DNA of 64,000 nucleotides from the human T2T-CHM13v2.0 reference genome, Homo sapiens. Positions 42,838 to 57,200 of the stretch are shown one piece after another (the first letter of the stretch is position 1; every line of letters starts with the position of its first letter). A program made the translations under genes and the position numbers. Below the pieces are notes generated by a model. That model ran no database searches and was not told the DNA's origin. It worked only from the letters and a program-made list of their open reading frames with translations. The stretch lies in the NCBI RefSeq assembly GCF_009914755.1, contig NC_060939.1; one strand, given 5' to 3'.

Positions 42838-44937
42838 TTGAGTCCATTCAATTCCATTCCTTTCGTTTCCATTCCATTTGATGCCATTCCATTCAATTCT
42901 GTTCTACTCGACTCCAATACATTCAATTCCATTCCATCCGATTCCATTACATTCTTTTCATTTCTTATCCATTTCAAGCCATTCCACTCCATTCCATTCC
43001 ACTCGTTTCCTTTCCATTCGAGTCCATTCCATTCGATGCCATTCCATTTGGTTCTATTCCATTAGTCTCCATTCAATTCCATTAATCTCCATTCCATTCC
43101 ATTCTACTCCAACTGATTCCATTCCATTCTATTCCTTTCCATTCCATTTCATTCCATTCCATTCCATTCCATTCCATTCCATTCGTGTCCATTCCACTCC
43201 AGTCCATTCCATTCGTGTCCATTCCGTTCCAGTCCATTCCATTTGTGTCCACTGCATTCCATTCCACTCCATTCCATATTATTCCATTACACTCCATTCC
43301 ATTCTATTACTTTCATTTCCATTCAATTCCATTCCATTTGATTCCATTCCACTCGGTTTCATTCCATTTGAGTCCACTCCATTCCATTCCATTCCATTCC
43401 ATTCAGTTCCATTCCATTCTGTTCCATTCCATTCCGTTCCATTACATTCCATTCCATTCGGTACCATTCCATATTGTTCCATTCGATTCCATTCGAATCC
43501 ATTCCATTCCAGTCCATTCCATTCGATTCCATTCCATTCATTTCAATTCCATTCCATTCCATTCCATTACATTCCACTTGATTCCTCTCCATTCCCTTCC
43601 ACTGCATTCCGTTCGATTCCATTCCATTGCATTGCATTCCATTCCATTGGATTGCATTCCATTCGATTCCATTCCATTCGAATCAATTACATAACAATCC
43701 ATTACATTCGAGTCTATTCTATTCCGTTCCATTCGATTTCGTTCCAATCCATTCGATTCCATTCCATTCGGTTCCATTCCATACTATTGCATTCCATTCG
43801 ATTACATTATATTCGAATAAGTTCCATTCAAGACCATTTCTTTTGAGTCCATTCTATTTGAGTCCATTCCCTTTGATTCCATAACATTTGAGTCCATTCA
43901 ATTCCATTCCTTTCGTTTCCATTCCATTTGATGCCATTCCATTCAATTCTGTTCTACTCGACTCCAATACATTCAATTCCATTCCATCCGATTCCATTAC
44001 ATTCTTTTCATTTCTTATCCATTTCAAGCCATTCCACTCCATTCCATTCCACTCGTTTCCTTTCCATTCGAGTCCATTCCATTCGATGCCATTCCATTTG
44101 GTTCTATTCCATTAGTCTCCATTCAATTCCATTAATCTCCATTCCATTCCATTCTACTCCAACTGATTCCATTCCATTCTATTCCTTTCCATTCCATTTC
44201 ATTCCATTCCATTCCATTTCATTCCATTCCATTCCATTCCATTCCATTCGCTTCCATTCCATTCGTGTCCATTCCATTCCAGTCCATTCCATTTGTGTCC
44301 ACTGCATTCCATTCCACTCCATTCCATATTATTCCATTACACTCCATTCCATTCTATTACTTTCATTTCCATTCAATTCCATTCCATTTGATTCCATTCC
44401 ACTCGGTTTCATTCCATTTGAGTCCACTCCATTCCATTCCATTCCATTCCATTCCATTCAGTTCCATTCCATTCTGTTCCATTCCATTCCGTTCCATTGC
44501 ATTCCATTCCATTCGGTACCATTCCATATTGTTCCATTCGATTCCATTCGAATCCATTCCATTCCAGTCCATTCCATTTGATTCCATTCCATTCCTTTCA
44601 ATTCCATTCCATTCCATTCCATTCCACTTGATTCCTCTCCATTCCCTTCCACTGCATTCCATTCGATTCCATTCCATTGCATTGCATTCCATTCCATTGG
44701 ACTGCATTCCATTCGATTCCATTCCATTCGAATCAATTACATAGCAATCCATTACATTCGAGTCTATTCTATTCCGTTCCATTCGATTTCGTTCCAATCC
44801 ATTCCATTCCATTCCATTCGATTCCATTCCATACTATTGCATTCCATTCGATTACATTATATTCGAATAAGTTCCATTCAAGACCATTTCTTTTGAGTCC
44901 ATTCTATTTGAGTCCATTCCCTTTGATTCCATAACAT
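42838..44937 (+). repeat. Two tandem truncated 1,050 bp units carrying the same 739 bp deletion
   Basis: Landmarks at 42838, 43888 and 44938. The identical junction TTTCCATTCGAGTCCATTCC|ATTCGATGCC occurs at 43011-43040 and 44061-44090. Confidence 0.95.
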
Positions 44938-47900
44938 TTGAGTCCATTCAATTCCATTCCTTTCGTTTCCATTCCATTTGATGCCATTCCATTCAATTCT
45001 GTTCTACTCGACTCCAATACATTCAATTCCATTCCATCCGATTCCATTACATTCTTTTCATTTCTTATCCATTTCAAGCCATTCCACTCCATTCCATTCC
45101 ACTCGTTTCCTTTCCATTCGAGTCCATTCCTCTCCAGTCCAATCCGTTCAATCCATTCCATTCCAGTCCATTCCATTCGAGTCCGTTCCATTCCAGTCCA
45201 TTCCATTCGAGTCAATTCCATCCCATTCGATGTCTTTCCATAACGATCCATTCCATTCTATTCCTTTCGATTCCATTCCATTCTATTTCATTCCATTCGA
45301 TTCCCTTCCATTGGACTCCTTTCCATTCGAGTGCATTCCATTCCGTTCCATTTCTTTCCGTTCTGTACGATTCCTACCGTTCGATTTCATTTTGTTCCAG
45401 TCCATTCCTTTCGCGTCCATTCCATTCCATTTCACTCCATTCGATTCCATTCCACTCGATTCCACTTCGTTCCATTTCATTGCATTCCATTCTATTCAAC
45501 TCTATTGCCTTCCATTCCATTCCATTCGATTACATTCCATGCGATTCCATTCGAAATCGAATCAATTACATTGCAATCCATAACTATTGAGTCCATTTTA
45601 TTCCAGTCCACTGCATTCTGGTCCATTCCATTTGATTCCATTCCATTCTATTCCATTCCATACAGTTGCATTCCATTGGATTCCATTCTATATCTATAAA
45701 TTCAATTCGAGACCATTGATTTTGAGTCCATTCTATATGATTCCATTCCATTCAAGTCCATTACATTTGGTTCAATTCCATTCCATTCCATTCCCTTCCA
45801 TTCCATTCCAGTTGATATCAATCCATTCGATTCCATTCCATTCGAGCACATTCCATTCGAGTCCATTCCATTCGATGCCATTCCATTTGGTTCTATTCCA
45901 TTAGTCTCCATTCAATTCCATTAATCTCCATTCCATTCCATTCTACTCCAACTGATTCCATTCCATTCTATTCCTTTCCATTCCATTTCATTCCATTCCA
46001 TTCCATTTCATTCCATTCCATTCCATTCCATTCCATTCGCTTCCATTCCATTCGTGTCCATTCCATTCCAGTCCATTCCATTTGTGTCCACTGCATTCCA
46101 TTCCAATCCATTCCATATTATTCCATTACACTCCATTCCATTCTATTACTTTCATTTCCATTCAATTCCATTCCATTTGATTCCATTCCACTCGGTTTCA
46201 TTCCATTTGAGTCCACTCCATTCCATTCCATTCCATTCCATTCAGTTCCATTCCATTTTGTTCCATTCCATTCCGTTCCATTGCATTCCATTCCATTCGG
46301 TACCATTCCATATTGTTCCATTCGATTCCATTCGAATCCATTCCATTCCAGTCCATTCCATTCGATTCCATTCCATTCCTTTCAATTCCATTCCATTCCA
46401 TTCCATTCCACTTGATTCCACTCCATTCCCTTCCACTGCATTCCATTCGATTCCATTCCATTGCATTGCATTCCATTCCATTGGACTGCATTCCATTCGA
46501 TTCCATTCCATTCGAATCAATTACATAGCAATCCATTACATTCGAGTCTATTCTATTCCGTTCAATTCGATTTTGTTCCAATCCATTCGATTCCATTCCA
46601 TTCGATTCCATTCCATACTATTGCATTCCATTCTATTACATTATATTCGAATAAGTTCCATTCAAGACCATTTCTTTTGAGTCCATTCTATTTGAGTCCA
46701 TTCCCTTTGATTCCATAACATTTGAGTCCATTCAATTCCATTCCTTTCGTTTCCATTCCATTTGATGCCATTCCATTCAATTCTGTTCTACTCGACTCCA
46801 ATACATTCAATTCCATTCCATCCGATTCCATTACATTCTTTTCATTTCTTATCCATTTCAAGCCATTCCACTCCATTCCATTCCACTCGTTTCCTTTCCA
46901 TTCGAGTCCATTCCTCTCCAGTCCATTCCGTTCAATCCATTCCATTCCAGTCCATTCCATTCGAGTCCGTTCCATTCCAGTCCATTCCATTCGAGTCAAT
47001 TCCATTCCATTCGATGTCTTTCCATAACGATCCATTCCATTCTATTCCTTTCGATTCCATTCCATTCTATTTCATTCCATTCGATTCCCTTCCATTGGAC
47101 TCCTTTCCATTCGAGTGCATTCCATTCCGTTCCATTTCTTTCCGTTCTGTACGATTCCTACCGTTCGATTTCATTTTGTTCCAGTCCATTCCTTTCGCGT
47201 CCATTCCATTCCATTTCACTCCATTCGATTCCATTCCACTCGATTCCACTTCGTTCCATTTCATTGCATTCCATTCTATTCAACTCTATTGCCTTCCATT
47301 CCATTCCATTCGATTACATTCCATGCGATTCCATTCGAAATCGAATCAATTACATTGCAATCCATTACTATTGAGTCCGTTTTATTCCAGTCCACTGCAT
47401 TCTGGTCCATTCCATTTGATTCCATTCCATTCTATTCCATTCCATACAGTTGCATTCCATTGGATTCCATTCTATATCTATAAATTCAATTCGAGACCAT
47501 TGCTTTTGAGTCCATTCTATATGATTCCATTCCATTCAAGTCCATTACATTTGGTTCAATTCCATTCCATTCCATTCCCTTCCATTCCATTCCATTTGAT
47601 ATCAATCCATTCGATTCCATTCCATTCGAGCACATTCCATTCGAGTCCATTCCATTCGATGCCATTCCATTTGATTCTATTCCATTAGTCTCCATTCAAT
47701 TCCATTAATCTCCATTCCATTCCATTCTACTCCAACTGATTCCATTCCATTCTATTCCTTTCCATTCCATTTCATTCCATTCCATTCCATTCCATTCCAT
47801 TCCATTCGTGTCCATTCCACTCCAGTCCATTCCATTCGTGTCCATTCCATTCCAGTCCATTCCATTTGTGTCCACTGCATTCCATTCCACTCCATTCCAT

Positions 47901-48289
47901 ATTATTCCATTACACACCATTCCATTCTATCACTTTCATTTCCATTCAATTCCATTCCATTTGATTCCATTCCACTCGGTTTCATTCCATTTGAGTCCAC
48001 TCCATTCCATTCCATTCCATTCCATTCAGTTCCATTCCATTCTGTTCCATTCCATTCCGTTCCATTACATTCCATTCCATTCGGTACCATTCCATATTGT
48101 TCCATTCGATTCCATTCGAATCCATTCCATTCCAGTCCATTCCATTCGATTCCATTCCATTCATTTCAATTCCATTCCATTCCATTCCATTACATTCCAC
48201 TTGATTCCTCTCCATTCCCTTCCACTGCATTCCGTTCGATTCCATTCCATTGCATTGCATTCCATTCCATTGGATTGCATTCCATTCGA

Positions 48290-51200
48290 TTCCATTCCAT
48301 TCGAATCAATTACATAGCAATCCATTACATTCGAGTCTATTCTATTCCGTTCCATTCGATTTCGTTCCAATCCATTCGATTCCATTCCATTCGATTCCAT
48401 TCCATACTATTGCATTCCATTCGATTACATTATATTCGAATAAGTTCCATTCAAGACCATTTCTTTTGAGACCATTCTATTTGAGTCAATTCCCTTTGAT
48501 TCCATAACATTTGAGTCCATTCAATTCCATTCCTTTCGTTTCCATTCCATTTGATGCCATTCCATTCAATTCTGTTCTACTCGACTCCAATACATTCAAT
48601 TCCATTCCATCCGATTCCATTACATTCTTTTCATTTCTTATCCATTTCAAGCCATTCCACTCCATTCCATTCCACTCGTTTCCTTTCCATTCGAGTCCAT
48701 TCCTCTCCAGTCCATTCCGTTCAATCCATTCCATTCCAGTCCATTCCATTCGAGTCCGTTCCATTCCAGTCCATTCCATTCGAGTCAATTCCATTCCATT
48801 CGATGTCTTTCCATAACGATCCATTCCATTCTATTCCTTTCGATTCCATTCCATTCTATTTCATTCCATTCGATTCCCTTCCATTGGACTCCTTTCCATT
48901 CGAGTGCATTCCATTCCGTTCCATTTCTTTCCGTTCTGTACGATTCCTACCGTTCGATTTCATTTTGTTCCAGTCCATTCCTTTCGCGTCCATTCCATTC
49001 CATTTCACTCCATTCGATTCCATTCCACTCGATTCCACTTCGTTCCATTTCATTGCATTCCATTCTATTCAACTCTATTGCCTTCCATTCCATTCCATTC
49101 GATTACATTCCATGCGATTCCATTCGAAATCGAATCAATTACATTGCAATCCATTACTATTGAGTCCGTTTTATTCCAGTCCACTGCATTCTGGTCCATT
49201 CCATTTGATTCCATTCCATTCTATTCCATTCCATACAGTTGCATTCCATTGGATTCCATGCTATATCTATAAATTCAATTCGAGACCATTGCTTTTGAGT
49301 CCATTCTATATGATTCCATTCCATTCAAGTCCATTACATTTGGTTCAATTCCATTCCATTCCATTCCCTTCCATTCCATTCCATTTGATATCAATCCATT
49401 CGATTCCATTCCATTCGAGCACATTCCATTCGAGTCCATTCCATTCGATGCCATTCCATTTGATTCTATTCCATTAGTCTCCATTCAATTCCATTAATCT
49501 CCATTCCATTCCATTCTACTCCAACTGATTCCATTCCATTCTATTCCTTTCCATTCCATTTCATTCCATTCCATTCCATTTCATTCCATTCCATTCCATT
49601 CGTGTCCATTCCACTCCAGTCCATTCCATTCGTGTCCTTTCCATTCCAGTCCATTCCATTTGTGTCCACTGCATTCCATTCCACTCCATTCCATATTATT
49701 CCATTACACTCCATTCCATTCTATTACTTTCATTTCCATTCAATTCCATTCCATTTGATTCCATTCCACTCGGTTTCATTCCATTTGAGTCCACTCCATT
49801 CCATTCCATTCCATTCAGTTCCATTCCATTCTGTTCCATTCCATTCCGTTCCATTACATTCCATTCCATTCGGTACCATTCCATATTGTTCCATTCGATT
49901 CCATTCGAATCCATTCCATTCCAGTCCATTCCATTCGATACCATTCCATTCATTTCAATTCCATTCCATTCCATTCCATTACATTCCACTTGATTCCTCT
50001 CCATTCCCTTCCACTGCATTCCGTTCGATTCCATTCCATTGCATTGCATTCCATTAAATTGGATTGCATTCCATTCGATTCCATTCCATTCGAATCAATT
50101 ACATAGCAATCCATTACATTCGAGTCTATTCTATTCCGTTCCATTCGATTTCGTTCCAATCCATTCGATTCCATTCCATTCGATTCCATTCCATATATTG
50201 CATTCCATTCGATTACATTATATTCGAATAAGTTCCATTCAAGACCATTTCTTTTGAGTCCATTCTATTTGAGTCCATTCCCTTTGATTCCATAACATTT
50301 GAGTCCATTCAATTCCATTCCTTTCGTTTCCATTCCATTTGATGCCATTCCATTCAATTCTGTTCTACTCGACTCCAATACATTCAATTCCATTCCATCC
50401 GATTCCATTACATTCTTTTCATTTCTTATCCATTTCAAGCCATTCCACTCCATTCCATTCCACTCGTTTCCTTTCCATTCGAGTCATTCCTCTCCAGTCC
50501 ATTCCGTTCAATCCATTCCATTCCAGTCCATTCCATTCGAGTCCGTTCCATTCCAGTCCATTCCATTCGAGTCAATTCCATTCCATTCGATGTCTTTCCA
50601 TAACGATCCATTCCATTCTATTCCTTTCGATTCCATTCCATTCTATTTCATTCCATTCGATTCCCGTCCATTGGACTCCTTTCCATTCGAGTGCATTCCA
50701 TTCCGTTCCATTTCTTTCCGTTCTGTACGATTCCTACCGTTCGATTTCATTTTGTTCCAGTCCATTCCTTTCGCGTCCATTCCATTCCATTTCACTCCAT
50801 TCGATTCCATTCCACTCGATTCCACTTCGTTCCATTTCATTGCATTCCATTCTATTCAACTCTATTGCCTTCCATTCCATTCCATTCGATTACATTCCAT
50901 GCGATTCCATTCGAAATCGAATCAATTACATTGCAATCCATTACTATTGAGTCCGTTTTATTCCAGTCCACTGCATTCTGGTCCATTCCATTTGATTCCA
51001 TTCCATTCTATTCCATTCCATACAGTTGCATTCCATTGGATTCCATGCTATATCTATAAATTCAATTCGAGACCATTGCTTTTGAGTCCATTCTATATGA
51101 TTCCATTCCATTCAAGTCCATTACATTTGGTTCAATTCCATTCCATTCCATTCCCTTCCATTCCATTCCATTTGATATCAATCCATTCGATTCCATTCCA

Positions 51201-54200
51201 TTCGAGCACATTCCATTCGAGTCCATTCCATTCGATGCCATTCCATTTGATTCTATTCCATTAGTCTCCATTCAATTCCATTAATCTCCATTCCATTCCA
51301 TTCTACTCCAACTGATTCCATTCCATTCTATTCCTTTCCATTCCATTTCATTCCATTCCATTCCATTTCATTCCATTCCATTCCATTCGTGTCCATTCCA
51401 CTCCAGTCCATTCCATTCGTGTCCATTCCATTCCAGTCCATTCCATTTGTGTCCACTGCATTCCATTCCACTCCATTCCATATTATTCCATTACACTCCA
51501 TTCCATTCTATTACTTTCATTTCCATTCAATTCCATTCCATTTGATTCCATTCCACTCGGTTTCATTCCATTTGAGTCCACTCCATTCCATTCCATTCCA
51601 TTCAGTTCCATTCCATTCTGTTCCATTCCATTCCGTTCCATTCCATTCCATTCCATGCGGTACCATTCCATATTGTTCCATTCGATTCCATTCGAATCCA
51701 TTCCATTCCAGTCCATTCCATTCGATACCATTCCATTCATTTCAATTCCATTCCATTCCATTACATTACATTCCACTTGATTCCTCTCCATTCCCTTCCA
51801 CTGCATTCCGTTCGATTCCATTCCATTGCATTGCATTCCATTCCATTGGATTGCATTCCATTCGATTCCATTCCATTCGAATCAATTACATAGCAATCCA
51901 TTACATTCGAGTCTATTCTATTCCGTTCCATTCGATTTCGTTCCAATCCATTCGATTCCATTCCATTCGATTCCATTCCATACTATTGCATTCCATTCGA
52001 TTACATTATATTCGAATAAGTTCCATTCAAGACCATTTCTTTTGAGTCCATTCTATTTGAGTCCATTCCCTTTGATTCCATAACATTTGAGTCCATTCAA
52101 TTCCATTCCTTTCGTTTCCATTCCATTTGATGCCATTCCATTCAATTCTGTTCTACTCGACTCCAATACATTCAATTCCATTCCATCCGATTCCATTACA
52201 TTCTTTTCATTTCTTATCCATTTCAAGCCATTCCACTCCATTCCATTCCACTCGTTTCCTTTCCATTCGAGTCCATTCCTCTCCAGTCCATTCCGTTCAA
52301 TCCATTCCATTCCAGTCCATTCCATTCGAGTCCGTTCCATTCCAGTCCATTCCATTCGAGTCAATTCCATTCCATTCGATGTCTTTCCATAACGATCCAT
52401 TCCATTCTATTCCTTTCGATTCCATTCCATTCTATTTCATTCCATTCGATTCCCTTCCATTGGACTCCTTTCCATTCGAGTGCATTCCATTCCTTTCCAT
52501 TTCTTTCCGTTCTGTACGATTCCTACCGTTCGATTTCATTTTGTTCCAGTCCATTCCTTTCGCGTCCATTCCATTCCATTTCACTCCATTCGATTCCATT
52601 CCACTCGATTCCACTTCGTTCCATTTCATTGCATTCCATTCTATTCAACTCTATTGCCTTCCATTCCATTCCATTCGATTACATTCCATGCGATTCCATT
52701 CGAAATCGAATCAATTACATTGCAATCCATTACTATTGAGTCCGTTTTATTCCAGTCCACTGCATTCTGTTCCATTCCATTTGATTCCATTCCATTCTAT
52801 TCCATTCCATACAGTTGCATTCCATTGGATTCCATGCTATATCTATAAATTCAATTCGAGACCATTGCTTTTGAGTCCATTCTATATGATTCCATTCCAT
52901 TCAAGTCCATTACATTTGGTTCAATTCCATTCCATTCCATTCCCTTCCATTCCATTCCATTTGATATCAATCCATTCGATTCCATTCCATTCGAGCACAT
53001 TCCATTCGAGTCCATTCCATTCGATGCCATTCCATTTGATTCTATTCCATTAGTCTCCATTCAATTCCATTAATCTCCATTCCATTCCATTCTACTCCAA
53101 CTGATTCCATTCCATTCTATTCCTTTCCATTCCATTTCATTCCATTCCATTCCATTTCATTCCATTCCATTCCATTCGCTTCCATTCCATTCGAATCAAT
53201 TACATAGCAATCCATTACATTCGAGTCTATTCTATTCCGTTCCATTCGATTTCGTTCCAATCCATTCGATTCCATTCCATTCGATTCCATTCCATACTAT
53301 TGCATTCCATTCGATTACATTATATTCGAATAAGTTCCATTCAAGACCATTTCTTTTGAGACCATTCTATTTGAGTCAATTCCCTTTGATTCCATAACAT
53401 TTGAGTCCATTCAATTCCATTCCTTTCGTTTCCATTCCATTTGATGCCATTCCATTCAATTCTGTTCTACTCGACTCCAATACATTCAATTCCATTCCAT
53501 CCGATTCCATTACATTCTTTTCATTTCTTATCCATTTCAAGCCATTCCACTCCATTCCATTCCACTCGTTTCCTTTCCATTCGAGTCCATTCCTCTCCAG
53601 TCCATTCCGTTCAATCCATTCCATTCCAGTCCATTCCATTCGAGTCCGTTCCATTCCAGTCCATTCCATTCGAGTCAATTCCATTCCATTCGATGTCTTT
53701 CCATAACGATCCATTCCATTCTATTCCTTTCGATTCCATTCCATTCTATTTCATTCCATTCGATTCCCTTCCATTGGACTCCTTTCCATTCGAGTGCATT
53801 CCATTCCGTTCCATTTCTTTCCGTTCTGTACGATTCCTACCGTTCGATTTCATTTTGTTCCAGTCCATTCCTTTCGCGTCCATTCCATTCCATTTCACTC
53901 CATTCGATTCCATTCCACTCGATTCCACTTCGTTCCATTTCATTGCATTCCATTCTATTCAACTCTATTGCCTTCCATTCCATTCCATTCGATTACATTC
54001 CATGCGATTCCATTCGAAATCGAATCAATTACATTGCAATCCATTACTATTGAGTCCGTTTTATTCCAGTCCACTGCATTCTGGTCCATTCCATTTGATT
54101 CCATTCCATTCTATTCCATTCCATACAGTTGCATTCCATTGGATTCCATGCTATATCTATAAATTCAATTCGAGACCATTGCTTTTGAGTCCATTCTATA

Positions 54201-57200
54201 TGATTCCATTCCATTCAAGTCCATTACATTTGGTTCAATTCCATTCCATTCCATTCCCTTCCATTCCATTCCATTTGATATCAATCCATTCGATTCCATT
54301 CCATTCGAGCACATTCCATTCGAGTCCATTCCATTCGATGCCATTCCATTTGATTCTATTCCATTAGTCTCCATTCAATTCCATTAATCTCCATTCCATT
54401 CCATTCTACTCCAACTGATTCCATTCCATTCTATTCCTTTCCATTCCATTTCATTCCATTCCATTCCATTTCATTCCATTCCATTCCATTCGTGTCCATT
54501 CCACTCCAGTCCATTCCATTCGTGTCCTTTCCATTCCAGTCCATTCCATTTGTGTCCACTGCATTCCATTCCACTCCATTCCATATTATTCCATTACACT
54601 CCATTCCATTCTATTACTTTCATTTCCATTCAATTCCATTCCATTTGATTCCATTCCACTCGGTTTCATTCCATTTGAGTCCACTCCATTCCATTCCATT
54701 CCATTCAGTTCCATTCCATTCTGTTCCATTCCATTCCGTTCCATTACATTCCATTCCATTCGGTACCATTCCATATTGTTCCATTCGATTCCATTCGAAT
54801 CCATTCCATTCCAGTCCATTCCATTCGATACCATTCCATTCATTTCAATTCCATTCCATTCCATTCCATTACATTCCACTTGATTCCTCTCCATTCCCTT
54901 CCACTGCATTCCGTTCGATTCCATTCCATTGCATTGCATTCCATTAAATTGGATTGCATTCCATTCGATTCCATTCCATTCGAATCAATTACATAGCAAT
55001 CCATTACATTCGAGTCTATTCTATTCCGTTCCATTCGATTTCGTTCCAATCCATTCGATTCCATTCCATTCGATTCCATTCCATATATTGCATTCCATTC
55101 GATTACATTATATTCGAATAAGTTCCATTCAAGACCATTTCTTTTGAGTCCATTCTATTTGAGTCCATTCCCTTTGATTCCATAACATTTGAGTCCATTC
55201 AATTCCATTCCTTTCGTTTCCATTCCATTTGATGCCATTCCATTCAATTCTGTTCTACTCGACTCCAATACATTCAATTCCATTCCATCCGATTCCATTA
55301 CATTCTTTTCATTTCTTATCCATTTCAAGCCATTCCACTCCATTCCATTCCACTCGTTTCCTTTCCATTCGAGTCATTCCTCTCCAGTCCATTCCGTTCA
55401 ATCCATTCCATTCCAGTCCATTCCATTCGAGTCCGTTCCATTCCAGTCCATTCCATTCGAGTCAATTCCATTCCATTCGATGTCTTTCCATAACGATCCA
55501 TTCCATTCTATTCCTTTCGATTCCATTCCATTCTATTTCATTCCATTCGATTCCCGTCCATTGGACTCCTTTCCATTCGAGTGCATTCCATTCCGTTCCA
55601 TTTCTTTCCGTTCTGTACGATTCCTACCGTTCGATTTCATTTTGTTCCAGTCCATTCCTTTCGCGTCCATTCCATTCCATTTCACTCCATTCGATTCCAT
55701 TCCACTCGATTCCACTTCGTTCCATTTCATTGCATTCCATTCTATTCAACTCTATTGCCTTCCATTCCATTCCATTCGATTACATTCCATGCGATTCCAT
55801 TCGAAATCGAATCAATTACATTGCAATCCATTACTATTGAGTCCGTTTTATTCCAGTCCACTGCATTCTGGTCCATTCCATTTGATTCCATTCCATTCTA
55901 TTCCATTCCATACAGTTGCATTCCATTGGATTCCATGCTATATCTATAAATTCAATTCGAGACCATTGCTTTTGAGTCCATTCTATATGATTCCATTCCA
56001 TTCAAGTCCATTACATTTGGTTCAATTCCATTCCATTCCATTCCCTTCCATTCCATTCCATTTGATATCAATCCATTCGATTCCATTCCATTCGAGCACA
56101 TTCCATTCGAGTCCATTCCATTCGATGCCATTCCATTTGATTCTATTCCATTAGTCTCCATTCAATTCCATTAATCTCCATTCCATTCCATTCTACTCCA
56201 ACTGATTCCATTCCATTCTATTCCTTTCCATTCCATTTCATTCCATTCCATTCCATTTCATTCCATTCCATTCCATTCGTGTCCATTCCACTCCAGTCCA
56301 TTCCATTCGTGTCCATTCCATTCCAGTCCATTCCATTTGTGTCCACTGCATTCCATTCCACTCCATTCCATATTATTCCATTACACTCCATTCCATTCTA
56401 TTACTTTCATTTCCATTCAATTCCATTCCATTTGATTCCATTCCACTCGGTTTCATTCCATTTGAGTCCACTCCATTCCATTCCATTCCATTCAGTTCCA
56501 TTCCATTCTGTTCCATTCCATTCCGTTCCATTCCATTCCATTCCATGCGGTACCATTCCATATTGTTCCATTCGATTCCATTCGAATCCATTCCATTCCA
56601 GTCCATTCCATTCGATACCATTCCATTCATTTCAATTCCATTCCATTCCATTACATTACATTCCACTTGATTCCTCTCCATTCCCTTCCACTGCATTCCG
56701 TTCGATTCCATTCCATTGCATTGCATTCCATTCCATTGGATTGCATTCCATTCGATTCCATTCCATTCGAATCAATTACATAGCAATCCATTACATTCGA
56801 GTCTATTCTATTCCGTTCCATTCGATTTCGTTCCAATCCATTCGATTCCATTCCATTCGATTCCATTCCATACTATTGCATTCCATTCGATTACATTATA
56901 TTCGAATAAGTTCCATTCAAGACCATTTCTTTTGAGTCCATTCTATTTGAGTCCATTCCCTTTGATTCCATAACATTTGAGTCCATTCAATTCCATTCCT
57001 TTCGTTTCCATTCCATTTGATGCCATTCCATTCAATTCTGTTCTACTCGACTCCAATACATTCAATTCCATTCCATCCGATTCCATTACATTCTTTTCAT
57101 TTCTTATCCATTTCAAGCCATTCCACTCCATTCCATTCCACTCGTTTCCTTTCCATTCGAGTCCATTCCTCTCCAGTCCATTCCGTTCAATCCATTCCAT

